A stretch of DNA of 64,000 bases from an uncultured Bacteroidales bacterium (GTDB taxonomy: Bacteria; Bacteroidota; Bacteroidia; Bacteroidales; Paludibacteraceae): assembly GCA_946185835.1 (NCBI GenBank), contig CAMHKW010000006.1, forward strand, positions 3,868 through 67,867. Direction: 5' to 3'. Both the position numbers and the translations under genes were made by a program. Positions within the stretch are counted from its first letter, which is position 1; each line of letters begins with the position of its first letter. This document shows, piece by piece, positions 34,418 through 43,254 of this stretch. The notes beneath the pieces were generated by a model that saw only the letters and a program-made list of their open reading frames with translations, did not search any database and was not told the DNA's origin.

Positions 34418-36354
34418 CAGCGTCTGGCGTTCTTTTTTGCTTGTTCGCGCATATACTGTTGTTGCTCGCGCTGCATCTTTTCGAGCCGTGCCATGAATCC
34501 CGACTTCTTAGGTTTCTTTTCGTTTTTCTGCTGTTTGGCTTGCATCTCACGCAGCAGTTTCTCGTCGTCGATAGCCCAGCGGAAGATCATGGTTTGCAGT
34601 ATGGTTATCATCAGCGAGAGGAGGTAGTAGTAGCTCAGACCGGCAGCATAGTCGTTGAAGATAAAGAAGAACATAAGCGGCATGAGGTACATCATCCATT
34701 TCATGATTTTCATCTCTTGTCCGCCACCGGCTTGGCTCTGCATGTTGAAATAGGTATATGCTATGTTAGCCAATGTCATGAGTAAGCAGAAGAGTGAGAG
34801 GTGGTTACCTATCAGCGGTATGTTGGTCGACCATGTAAAGACGGCATCGTAAGTAGAGAGGTCGTCAGCCCAGAGGAAGGACTTACCACGCAACTCGATA
34901 GCTGTCGGGAAGAACCAGAACATAGCCATGAGCACGGGGAACTGGAAGAGCATCGGCAGACAGCCCGACATCGGACTGACGCCCGCCTTCTGATAGAGTG
35001 CCATAGTTGCCTGCTGCCGCTCTTGCATCTTGTCGGCGGGGTACTTGTTGTTGATCTCTTCGATTTGCGGCTTGAGCACACGCATCTTAGCCGACGAGCG
35101 ATAAGAAGAGAAGACGAATGGCAGAATGATGATTTTGATGACAAGTGTCATCAAGAAGATTATCAGTCCGATATGCAAGCCCCATGAGGTGAAGAGGTCG
35201 AACATCGGGATGACGAGTATCTGGTTGATCCATGCCACTATCTTCCAACCGAGGGGTACGAGTTTCTTGAGGTTGAGTCGGTCAGCTTTCTCTACACCTT
35301 TGTCGTATGCTTTGAGGGTGTTATAGTGGTTGGGACCCATATAGAGGCGGAAGTGGAGAGCCGTGTTCTGCTGTGGGTCGAAGGCGAGAGTGGCATGCGT
35401 CTGATACTGTTTGATATAGCGCATATCGCGTTTACCTGTGAGCGGGTCGACAGGGAACGAACTCTCGACGTCAGCCGACTCGTAGGACTCGTCGGAGATG
35501 AGCACGGTGGAGAAGAACTGGTCTTTGTATGCAATCCAACGGAGGGCAGTGTTGAGTCGTTTGCTCTCTTGCTTGCTCTCGCTCAGGTTTTTGACGTCGC
35601 CATTGACGAACATATACTGCAAGGTAGCGTATCGGTCTTCGAACTTACGTCCACGCTCCTGTTGCGGTATTTTGGCATTCCACTGCATCTCGGTGGAAGT
35701 GGTGTTGAGCGACAATACGTTTTGTATGTTATGTGGTTCGATAGCAAAGCGAACCATATAGTCGTTGGTCGGTATGAGGTATACGAAGTCTAACCATGTG
35801 TTATCCACTTCGGTAGGCAGTCGCCATGTCACCTTACGCAGTGTGTCGGTGAGCATCTCGTTACCCACGAGTTTGAAGTTAAGCTCTGAGGTATGCAAGT
35901 AGTCGTTGCCGCGGTGTATGAAGCTGAAGTCGAGTGCTGCCTCGTCGCCACGAAAGAGCGAGAGCGGGTTGACAGTGTCGCCATAGGCTTTGTACTCAGT
36001 AAGTTGTGCTTGTTCGATACGTGCACCTTTCGACGAGAAGGTGAGTATCAGCTTGTCGGTGCTGACCACTAACTGCTCTTCTTCGAGCATGGCAGCGGGT
36101 GCGAAGTCGCCATACAGACGATGTGCAACAGCCTCTTTGTCAGCCTCGCTGACAGTGTCGGCTGCTTGCTGAGCCTGAAGCTGGAATGCCATCTTCTCGA
36201 GTTCTTTGACATGAGCCACCGAGTCAGCCACGCGAATAGAGTCGTAGTACTGCCTGCGTGCCTCAAGCTGCTCGGGAGTAGGACGATTGATGATTGAAAA
36301 GCCTATGAGAATAAGGGCGATGAGGAATAGTCCGATCCAAGAGTATTTATCCAT
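34417..36354 (-). CDS. yidC: membrane protein insertase YidC
   Basis: 645 aa with an N-terminal TM helix, a large periplasmic domain, a C-terminal 5-TM core (PMSGCLPMLFQFPVLMAMF) and a basic tail. Confidence 0.9.
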   Translation of the reverse strand: MDKYSWIGLFLIALILIGFSIINRPTPEQLEARRQYYDSIRVADSVAHVKELEKMAFQLQAQQAADTVSEADKEAVAHRLYGDFAPAAMLEEEQLVVSTDKLILTFSSKGARIEQAQLTEYKAYGDTVNPLSLFRGDEAALDFSFIHRGNDYLHTSELNFKLVGNEMLTDTLRKVTWRLPTEVDNTWLDFVYLIPTNDYMVRFAIEPHNIQNVLSLNTTSTEMQWNAKIPQQERGRKFEDRYATLQYMFVNGDVKNLSESKQESKRLNTALRWIAYKDQFFSTVLISDESYESADVESSFPVDPLTGKRDMRYIKQYQTHATLAFDPQQNTALHFRLYMGPNHYNTLKAYDKGVEKADRLNLKKLVPLGWKIVAWINQILVIPMFDLFTSWGLHIGLIIFLMTLVIKIIILPFVFSSYRSSAKMRVLKPQIEEINNKYPADKMQERQQATMALYQKAGVSPMSGCLPMLFQFPVLMAMFWFFPTAIELRGKSFLWADDLSTYDAVFTWSTNIPLIGNHLSLFCLLMTLANIAYTYFNMQSQAGGGQEMKIMKWMMYLMPLMFFFIFNDYAAGLSYYYLLSLMITILQTMIFRWAIDDEKLLREMQAKQQKNEKKPKKSGFMARLEKMQREQQQYMREQAKKNARR

Positions 36355-36425
36355 GTCGTGAAATGTTTTTACTGATGAGTAATTTGTATTTTTACTGACG
36401 AGTTAATATTCTGCAAAAAAGCGCG

Positions 36426-36456
36426 CAAAGTTACGTATTTTTTTTGGTCTCACAAA
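36426..36456 (-). promoter_or_regulatory. Bacteroides-type promoter for yidC
   Basis: Minus strand TTTG(36456-36453)-N19-TAacTTTG(36433-36426). Confidence 0.6.
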
Positions 36457-36481
36457 ATCAGCGTAGCGAAAAGGATAAAAA

Positions 36482-36661
36482 AATCGAGATCTCGAGATCA
36501 CGAGACCCCGAAATCACGAAAATTGCAAGAGCTCGGAATCACGACATCCCGACATCACGAAATCTCGACATCACGAAATCACGAAATCCCAAAATCTCGA
36601 CATCCCGACATCCCGACATCTCGACATCACGACATCTCGACATCACGACATCACGACATCT
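36482..36661. repeat. 8-bp tandem array (MATCNCGA)n, about 22 units
   Basis: Units CATCTCGA, CATCACGA, CATCCCGA and AATCACGA are in strict 8-bp register from 36537 to 36661. The 5' part (36482-36536) is degenerate. Confidence 0.95.
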
Positions 36662-36676
36662 ATAGAAAGTGGGGCT

Positions 36677-38047
36677 TTATCTTAGATGTTTGTAGAACTC
36701 AGCAACGGCGACAATACCGTTTTCGAACACTTCGAGGTCGAAGCTCTCGTTGGGCGAGTGTATGGCGTTTTGTTCGAGTCCGAATCCCATGAGTATGGTT
36801 TTCACTCCGAGCACTTGTTCGAAAGTGGAGATGATAGGTATGCTTCCTCCTCGTCTGGCGGCGAGCGGTTTTTTTCCGAATGCTATCTCGAAGCCGGCCT
36901 CAGCGGCTTTGTATTCCGGCAGGTCGATGGGGCAGAGGTACCCTTGTCCGCCATGCATAGGTGTGACGTCGACCCTCACGCTCTTAGGTGCGAGAGCCTT
37001 CATATAGTCGACGAAAGCCTGCGAGATACGCTCGTGGTCTTGGTTGGCTACCAGTCGGCACGAGACCTTGGCGTATGCCTTGCTTGGAAGGACCGTCTTG
37101 CTACCCTCGCCGGTGTAACCACCCCATATACCGCAGATGTCGAACGACGGTCGGCATGAGTTGCGTTCGAGTGTCGAATAGCCTTCTTCACCGGCTACGT
37201 CGTCGACGTCGATAGCACGTTTATAAGCCTCGAGCGAGAAAGGTATGCGCGCTATCATCTCTCGTTCGGCAGCGGGGATGGGCAGCACGTCGTCGTAAAA
37301 GCCGGGGATGGTGATTTGTCCTTTGTCGTTGGTCACCTTAGCGAGCATGGCACACAGCACGTTGATGGGGTTAGCCACGGCACCTCCGAAATGACCGCTA
37401 TGCAGGTCGCGGTTGGGTCCGGTGACCTCTATCTGCCAATATGCCAAGCCGCGCAGTCCGGTGGTGATAGAGGGTGTGTCTTTGCCAATCATCGAGGTGT
37501 CTGACACGAGGATGATGTCGGTCTTGAGCAGTTCTTTGTTGTCGACCAAAAACTGCTCGAGCGAGGGTGAGCCTATCTCTTCTTCTCCTTCGAAGATGAA
37601 CTTGACACGGCATGGCACCATGTCGTGTCGTCTGAGGTACTCGAATGCCTTGACCTGCACCATTGCCTGCCCTTTGTCGTCGTCGGCACCACGCGCGTAT
37701 AGCCGTCCGTCGCGTATCTGTGCCGTCCATGGGTTGCTTTTCCACTCTTCTATCGGTTCGACGGGCATCACATCGTAGTGTGCATAGACGAGCACCGTCT
37801 TGTTGACAGTGGGTGCAGCGGGTGTGTACTCGGCATATACCATAGGGTTGCCTTTGGAAGGCATCACCTCAGCACGGTCGACACCGGCGGCGAGCAGCAA
37901 CTCGCGCCAACGCTCGGCACAACGAAGCATGTCGGCGTGGTGCTCGGTTTGGCAAGAGACAGAGGGGATGCTGATAAGACTGCTCCACTCGTCGATAAAA
38001 CGCGGCATGTTAGCCGCGATATACTGTCGGATAGGTTGTTGTTCCAT
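36677..38047 (-). CDS. M20 family dipeptidase
   Basis: 456 aa with YAHYDVMP, GADDDKGQ, EGEEEIGS and a C-terminal HSPNE motif. Confidence 0.85.
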   Translation of the reverse strand: MEQQPIRQYIAANMPRFIDEWSSLISIPSVSCQTEHHADMLRCAERWRELLLAAGVDRAEVMPSKGNPMVYAEYTPAAPTVNKTVLVYAHYDVMPVEPIEEWKSNPWTAQIRDGRLYARGADDDKGQAMVQVKAFEYLRRHDMVPCRVKFIFEGEEEIGSPSLEQFLVDNKELLKTDIILVSDTSMIGKDTPSITTGLRGLAYWQIEVTGPNRDLHSGHFGGAVANPINVLCAMLAKVTNDKGQITIPGFYDDVLPIPAAEREMIARIPFSLEAYKRAIDVDDVAGEEGYSTLERNSCRPSFDICGIWGGYTGEGSKTVLPSKAYAKVSCRLVANQDHERISQAFVDYMKALAPKSVRVDVTPMHGGQGYLCPIDLPEYKAAEAGFEIAFGKKPLAARRGGSIPIISTFEQVLGVKTILMGFGLEQNAIHSPNESFDLEVFENGIVAVAEFYKHLR

Positions 38048-38089
38048 AGTTTATCATTGATGTTTGACATGAGGTAGCGCCATCGGACA

Positions 38090-38308
38090 CTACATCACTT
38101 TGATTATATAATGGTCGAACTCGATGGTTTCGCCGGCATGTATCTTAGCCCGCTTGCGCAACTCGGGCACACCGTCGCGCAGCACTAAGCCACACGAGAC
38201 GGCAACACCGGCTTCGCTACCCGTCTCCACCACGTTAACAGCCTTCAGAAGCGACTGCAAGGGTATGAAATCTTCGTCTGCACGCAAATGAAAAGTGATA
38301 GTTTCCAT
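38090..38308 (-). CDS. S4-domain RNA-binding protein (YbcJ-like)
   Basis: 72-aa ORF with the pattern LQSLLKAVNVVETGSEA...VLRDG...RKRAKIHAGETI. Confidence 0.7.
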   Translation of the reverse strand: METITFHLRADEDFIPLQSLLKAVNVVETGSEAGVAVSCGLVLRDGVPELRKRAKIHAGETIEFDHYIIKVM

Positions 38309-38339
38309 ATATGTTGGTTTTTAGGTTATAGAACGAGCG

Positions 38340-38369
38340 CAAAGGTAATATTTTTTTTCGTGTTACAAA
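38340..38369 (-). promoter_or_regulatory. Bacteroides-type promoter for the S4-domain gene
   Basis: Minus strand TTTG-N18-TAccTTTG (the + strand shows CAAAGGTA at 38340-38347). Confidence 0.55.
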
Positions 38370-38378
38370 AAAATATCG

Positions 38379-38386
38379 TATATTTG
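38379..38386 (+). promoter_or_regulatory. -7 motif for the T9SS cargo gene
   Basis: TAtaTTTG, 40 nt before ATG 38426. The -33 element is only T-rich. Confidence 0.5.
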
Positions 38387-38425
38387 CAGCGTTAATTTAA
38401 GGTCATAACACTTTTCTTATCACTC

Positions 38426-41400
38426 ATGCTTAATATGCAAAAAAGAATACTGATACTCCTATTCAGCATATTCGTTTATGTACCGCTGCTGTTGGCTCAA
38501 GCTAACAACATCGGACAAGAGTTTTTCTTGTGTTTTGTCAACAACGGCAACCTCAACCCCGAGAGCAACAGCGACGATAAGCTTGGTCTGACGATACATT
38601 TCTACGCTACCGAGTTCACCACCGCCACCATCACTTGCTACGAGAAGCCCATTCCTTACGAGCAGGAGGTGAAGATATGGGGTAACTCGCAGAGTACCAT
38701 CACCATTCCGTATCGTTATTGCTATATCACCGAAGGCGGTAAGGTCGAGAACAAAGGTCTGCATATTGTAGCCGACCACCCTATTTCGGTCTATGCCTCG
38801 TCGGAAGCCTCAGCGTCGGTGGATGTGAGCATGATACTTCCCACCGGTTCGTTAGGCACCGAATACATGGCCCTTACGTATACCGCTCGCAGCACCCAGC
38901 CTGCTTTTGCAGCCATAGTAGCCACCGACGATGGCACTGAGGTCGACATCACCCCTTCGGTGCTTACCAGCGACTCACACACAGCGGGCAGCACCTACAA
39001 GGTGAGCCTCGACAAAGGTCAGACCTACTGCGTGATGAGTGCTACGAGCAACGCCGAGCTTAGCGGCACCACACTCAAGTCGAACAAGCCGATAGCTGTC
39101 TTCCAAGGCAACAGCGCCGCCAATGTGCCACGCGACCAGACGACGAGCAACGACTACTGCATGGAACAAGCCTACCCCACCGACCGATGGGGACAACGTT
39201 TTATAGTAGCGTCTGTCAGCTCGCAGACTCGTACCATACTACGTATGATGTCGCTTGCCGACGGCATCAAAGTCAGAGTCGACGGCACATGGCTCACCAC
39301 TCTCGACGCCGGCAAAGAGAACGACTTCGTGTTCTACGAGTCGCGCGAGACACTCTATATCGAAGCCACCGGACCCATCTGCTGCTACCAATATCTCACT
39401 TGTGCCGACTACAACGACAGCCACCACGGTGACCCAGCCATGGTGTGGATATCACCTTTGGAACAACTCACCACGCAAGCACAGTTCTACACCTTTACCT
39501 TCCCTAAGTATAACGACAATAGTAAGTTCACCACTTACGCTAACCTCATCGTACCCACCGCTTCGGTCGGAGACCTTCAGAATAACAACAACACCTTCAC
39601 CCTGCCATTTAAGGCGGTGAGTCAGAACCCCGATTACTCGTACGTGCGCATCGGGCTGTCTGCCAACCGCTACTATAACCTCAGTTGTCCGGGGGGTATC
39701 ACCGGCATCATTTACGGACTCAACGACAACACCGCCTATGCCGCCAACATAGGCTCCGCCACCGACATCATCAACGATGGCAAGCGTATCACCAAGCCTA
39801 TCATCACCAACCAGGAAGCCACCATCTGCGATAACACCACCTACGACTTCTACGGCACCGACATAAGCCAGCCCGACGTATACGAGAAGACGTTTCTGAC
39901 GGAGCTCAACACCGACAGCATCGTTCGCCTCACGCTTAATGTCAACCACACCGGAATCGGACATCTTTATGTCGACATCTGCGATGGCGACGTCTTCGAA
40001 TGGGGAGGCGAGACGTTCGACAACACCGGCATCTACCCGCGCTACACCACTACCACGTTAGGCTGCGACAGCACTGTAATCATCAGCGTAACGAAGCATT
40101 ATCCCCACACCTATCCCTCAGAAGCCACCATCTGCCAAGGCGAGGTATACCCATGGGAAGGGATGGAATGCACAGAGGACAAGACCTACCGCGTCACCTA
40201 CCCCGACATGTTTGGCTGCGACAGCATACTCGAGCTTACGCTACACGTACTCGACAGCCCGAAAGAGGAGTTCAGCACGTACATGTGCCATAACCAGCCC
40301 GTGGAATGGGACGGCGTGAGCTACGACAAGGCAGGCGACTACGAACGCATATACACGGCTGCCAACGGCTGCGACAGCACCGTGGTGATGCACCTTGGAT
40401 ACTATCCCAACTACTCAGGCATCGAGTTCTCCGACTATGTATGTGTCAATCCTTTTGTCAACACCCCTACCTCGTACCAATGGGCAGGCGAGACGTTCTA
40501 CGCTCCGGGCGACTACACCCGCACTCTGCCCACCATATACGGTTGCGACAGCGTGGTCACACTGCACCTTAGCTTCGTATACCCCGTCTACACACATCGT
40601 AGCGACACCATCACCGAAGGCGACACCTTCGAGTACGATGGGTACACCTTTGCCGAAGAAGGCGAACATCAGATACCATATAAGTCGGTTGACGGTTGCG
40701 ACAGCATCTTAGTCATCAACCTCGTGCTCAACAAACTCGTGCTCAACAGTGCCACCATCGACGACCACTGCGCCGACGCCCCGGAGATGACGGTGCTGCT
40801 CGAGCTGCGCGATGGCTGGTACGACGCACTGCACTACGAATTCACACCCGAAGCGCTGCAAGCAGGCTTCGAAGACGGCACCATAGAGTTAGATACCGAA
40901 AACGACACCATCGTTAACATACCCATACCTGAGGGTATCAAAGCGGGGCGTTATGAGGTGCACCTCACGCTGCTGTTTAATGGCGACATAGTGACATTAC
41001 GCCCCGTCGCGTTCAACCTGCTGTACCCCTCGTCGGTGATTGAGCAGGCATGGGACGACGTGATGGCAGTGCTCACCCGCGACTACAACGGCGGCTACGA
41101 CTTCACCACCTTCCAATGGTACCGAAACGGAGCACCCATAGAGGGCGCCACACACTCGTACCTTAGCGAGCAACTGCAAGATGGCGACAGCTACTCGGTG
41201 ATGCTGACCGACAGCCGTGGGGTAAGCATGATGTCGTGCCAAAAAGAGGTAAGCCTAACCGCCAAAAAGATACGCGTCAACCCCACTCTCGCTGACAGAG
41301 GGCAGACCATCACCATACACAACACCGACGCTTCAGAAGCCATACTATACAACAGCACCGGAGCAGAAGTCGACCGATTCAATCTGAGTGACGGCACCAA

Positions 41401-41491
41401 CACCTTTAGTGCTCCCACGCAGAAAGGACTATATATCCTACAACTCAACACCACCACATCCGACCGCACGTTTAAGATCGTAGTGGAATAG
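38426..41491 (+). CDS. large secreted T9SS cargo / putative adhesin
   Basis: Signal peptide and an N-terminal GQEFFLCFVNN region (like the IgGFc-binding N-terminal domain). Six Cys-bracketed ~45-aa modules follow. The C-terminus ...GLYILQLNTTTSDRTFKIVVE is typical of a type-A T9SS sorting domain. Confidence 0.8.
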   Translation: MLNMQKRILILLFSIFVYVPLLLAQANNIGQEFFLCFVNNGNLNPESNSDDKLGLTIHFYATEFTTATITCYEKPIPYEQEVKIWGNSQSTITIPYRYCYITEGGKVENKGLHIVADHPISVYASSEASASVDVSMILPTGSLGTEYMALTYTARSTQPAFAAIVATDDGTEVDITPSVLTSDSHTAGSTYKVSLDKGQTYCVMSATSNAELSGTTLKSNKPIAVFQGNSAANVPRDQTTSNDYCMEQAYPTDRWGQRFIVASVSSQTRTILRMMSLADGIKVRVDGTWLTTLDAGKENDFVFYESRETLYIEATGPICCYQYLTCADYNDSHHGDPAMVWISPLEQLTTQAQFYTFTFPKYNDNSKFTTYANLIVPTASVGDLQNNNNTFTLPFKAVSQNPDYSYVRIGLSANRYYNLSCPGGITGIIYGLNDNTAYAANIGSATDIINDGKRITKPIITNQEATICDNTTYDFYGTDISQPDVYEKTFLTELNTDSIVRLTLNVNHTGIGHLYVDICDGDVFEWGGETFDNTGIYPRYTTTTLGCDSTVIISVTKHYPHTYPSEATICQGEVYPWEGMECTEDKTYRVTYPDMFGCDSILELTLHVLDSPKEEFSTYMCHNQPVEWDGVSYDKAGDYERIYTAANGCDSTVVMHLGYYPNYSGIEFSDYVCVNPFVNTPTSYQWAGETFYAPGDYTRTLPTIYGCDSVVTLHLSFVYPVYTHRSDTITEGDTFEYDGYTFAEEGEHQIPYKSVDGCDSILVINLVLNKLVLNSATIDDHCADAPEMTVLLELRDGWYDALHYEFTPEALQAGFEDGTIELDTENDTIVNIPIPEGIKAGRYEVHLTLLFNGDIVTLRPVAFNLLYPSSVIEQAWDDVMAVLTRDYNGGYDFTTFQWYRNGAPIEGATHSYLSEQLQDGDSYSVMLTDSRGVSMMSCQKEVSLTAKKIRVNPTLADRGQTITIHNTDASEAILYNSTGAEVDRFNLSDGTNTFSAPTQKGLYILQLNTTTSDRTFKIVVE
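39826..40730 (+). repeat. six tandem ~45-aa Cys-bracketed protein modules inside the T9SS cargo gene
   Basis: Each module follows C-x-G/N-x-x-[YF]-x-[WFY]-x-G...G-x-Y...GCDS-x-x-x-L-x-L. The first module is degenerate (NTDS). Confidence 0.85.
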
Positions 41492-41550
41492 ATGTTAGAC
41501 CGCGTTGCTGTTAGAGGTTAGACCGGCTTCGCCTGTTAGATGTTAGACCA

Positions 41551-42504
41551 ATGAAAATTTTAATCGACCGACATATACCATTTATCGAAGGCATCATCGA
41601 GCCATACGCCGAAGTGCAGTACCTCGAGCCTGAGGAGTTCACGCCGACGAAGGTGAGAGATGCCACGGCGCTGATTATCCGCACTCGCACCCGTTGCGAT
41701 GCCTCGCTGCTCGAAGGCTCGGCGGTACGTTTTATCGCCACTGCCACCATCGGTCACGACCATATCGACAAGGCATACTGCGCCACAAGAGGCATCAGCT
41801 GGATCAACGCCCCGGGATGCAATGCGCAAGGTGTGTGCGACTACATCGAAGCCGCAGTCGACAAGATAGAGACCACGCTGCCTGCTTCTGCCACACCTCC
41901 GACGATAGGCGTGGTGGGTGTTGGCAACGTGGGCAGCAAGGTCGTCGAGATGGCACAGCGCCGTGGCTACCGCGTAGTGGTGTCAGACCCGCCCAAAGGT
42001 ATGGGTATCAGCCTCGAACTGTTAGCCCGGCAAGCCGACATCATCACGTTCCATACGCCACTGACCCGAGAAGGACAGTTTGCCACATACCACCTTTGCG
42101 ACGCACATCTGCTCAGCCTTTGCAAGCCGCAGGCATGCATCATCAACGCCGCCCGCGGAGGTGTGGTCGACGAGAAAGCAGCACTCGACAACAGCAATGC
42201 CGGCAAGACCTACGTCATCGACACATGGGAAGGCGAACCACACATCAATACCGACATGCTACGCCGTTGCCTGATAGGCACATACCATATCGCAGGCTAC
42301 ACCGTACAAGGGAAAGTGAATGCCACCAACATGTGCTTGGCAGCACTCTCCGATTTTCTCGGCATCAAGCGACTTGCCATACCACAACATGACATACCGC
42401 TGCCAACCAAGCAGCCACACGACTGGCTCGAACACATCGACCGACAGCTCCGACTGTCACCCGCCGACTTCGAACACCTCAGAGAGAAGTATCAGCTGCG
42501 ATGA
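41551..42504 (+). CDS. pdxB: 4-phosphoerythronate dehydrogenase-like D-2-hydroxyacid dehydrogenase
   Basis: MKILIDRHIPF start, NAD motif VGVGNVGSKV, FHTPLT, and ARGGVVD. Confidence 0.75.
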   Translation: MKILIDRHIPFIEGIIEPYAEVQYLEPEEFTPTKVRDATALIIRTRTRCDASLLEGSAVRFIATATIGHDHIDKAYCATRGISWINAPGCNAQGVCDYIEAAVDKIETTLPASATPPTIGVVGVGNVGSKVVEMAQRRGYRVVVSDPPKGMGISLELLARQADIITFHTPLTREGQFATYHLCDAHLLSLCKPQACIINAARGGVVDEKAALDNSNAGKTYVIDTWEGEPHINTDMLRRCLIGTYHIAGYTVQGKVNATNMCLAALSDFLGIKRLAIPQHDIPLPTKQPHDWLEHIDRQLRLSPADFEHLREKYQLR

Positions 42505-42545
42505 CAATACCGACATCGTAAATACAATACCGAAAATCACAAAAA

Positions 42546-42577
42546 CTTGCATATTTCAAAACTTTATATTACCTTTG
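42546..42577 (+). promoter_or_regulatory. Bacteroides-type promoter for the OM-barrel / lipase cluster
   Basis: cTTG(42546-42549)-N20-TAccTTTG(42570-42577). The GTG start lies only 4 nt downstream. Confidence 0.55.
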
Positions 42578-42581
42578 CTAC

Positions 42582-43238
42582 GTGAAACGCATATTTTTTT
42601 TCATATTATTAGCATGCTCTGTCTTCGCGAGTGCGCATGCCACCACCAAAGAAGAGCGTATCGGGTGGCGACATGAGGTACGTCTCGGTTGGGGCGACCA
42701 GCTGTTCGAGAGTCTGATATGGCATAACCCCACCTATATAGTGAGCACCATGCCTGAGTCGTTTACCCGCACCTATGCCGAAAACTACCACCACAACCAG
42801 CACCTGTGGGCTGAGTACCATTATCACCCTAACTACTGGTTCTCAGTAGGTCTGACGATAGACATAAGCGAGGTGAACTGGACCGACGTCACACGCAACG
42901 GCAAAGGAGCCGTCATCGGCACCGACCCCGGACATTACTTCGCCAACATCGTCGTCATGCCCACGATACGCTTTACGTATCTGCACCATCCGTATGTCAA
43001 CCTCTACTCGGGCTTAGGCATCGGCGCAGGCTTTAACACCGGCACCGAGGTCAACTCGGAAGGGCAGCACACCGACGTAGGGTATGCCGTCGACCTGAGA
43101 GTGATAGGTCTGAGCGTGACATACAAACGCTTCGCCTTTAATATCGACGCAGGTGGCTTGTACTCTATAAAAGACATGAACACCATCTTCATGGTCAGCT
43201 CGAAGATAATAAGCGCAAGTATAGGTGTCAGTTTCTAA
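42582..43238 (+). CDS. small outer-membrane beta-barrel protein
   Basis: GTG start with signal MKRIFFFILLACSVFASAHA. 218 aa with alternating beta pattern and a terminal IGVSF. Confidence 0.55.
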   Translation: MKRIFFFILLACSVFASAHATTKEERIGWRHEVRLGWGDQLFESLIWHNPTYIVSTMPESFTRTYAENYHHNQHLWAEYHYHPNYWFSVGLTIDISEVNWTDVTRNGKGAVIGTDPGHYFANIVVMPTIRFTYLHHPYVNLYSGLGIGAGFNTGTEVNSEGQHTDVGYAVDLRVIGLSVTYKRFAFNIDAGGLYSIKDMNTIFMVSSKIISASIGVSF

Positions 43239-43254
43239 TTAAAACCCGACAACA

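Noticed and set aside
36355-36676. Replication origin upstream of yidC, since yidC is often origin-proximal.
   Set aside because: I saw no TTATCCACA-like DnaA boxes, there is no dnaA, dnaN or rnpA in the window, and the region is explained by the octamer array and the yidC promoter.
36444-36792. Tracked ORFs 36444-36665 and 36523-36792, which encode ISTSRHLDITTSRH-type repeats.
   Set aside because: They are reading-frame artefacts of the 8-bp tandem array. The periodic peptide, the absence of a start context and the overlap with the M20 gene end argue against coding.
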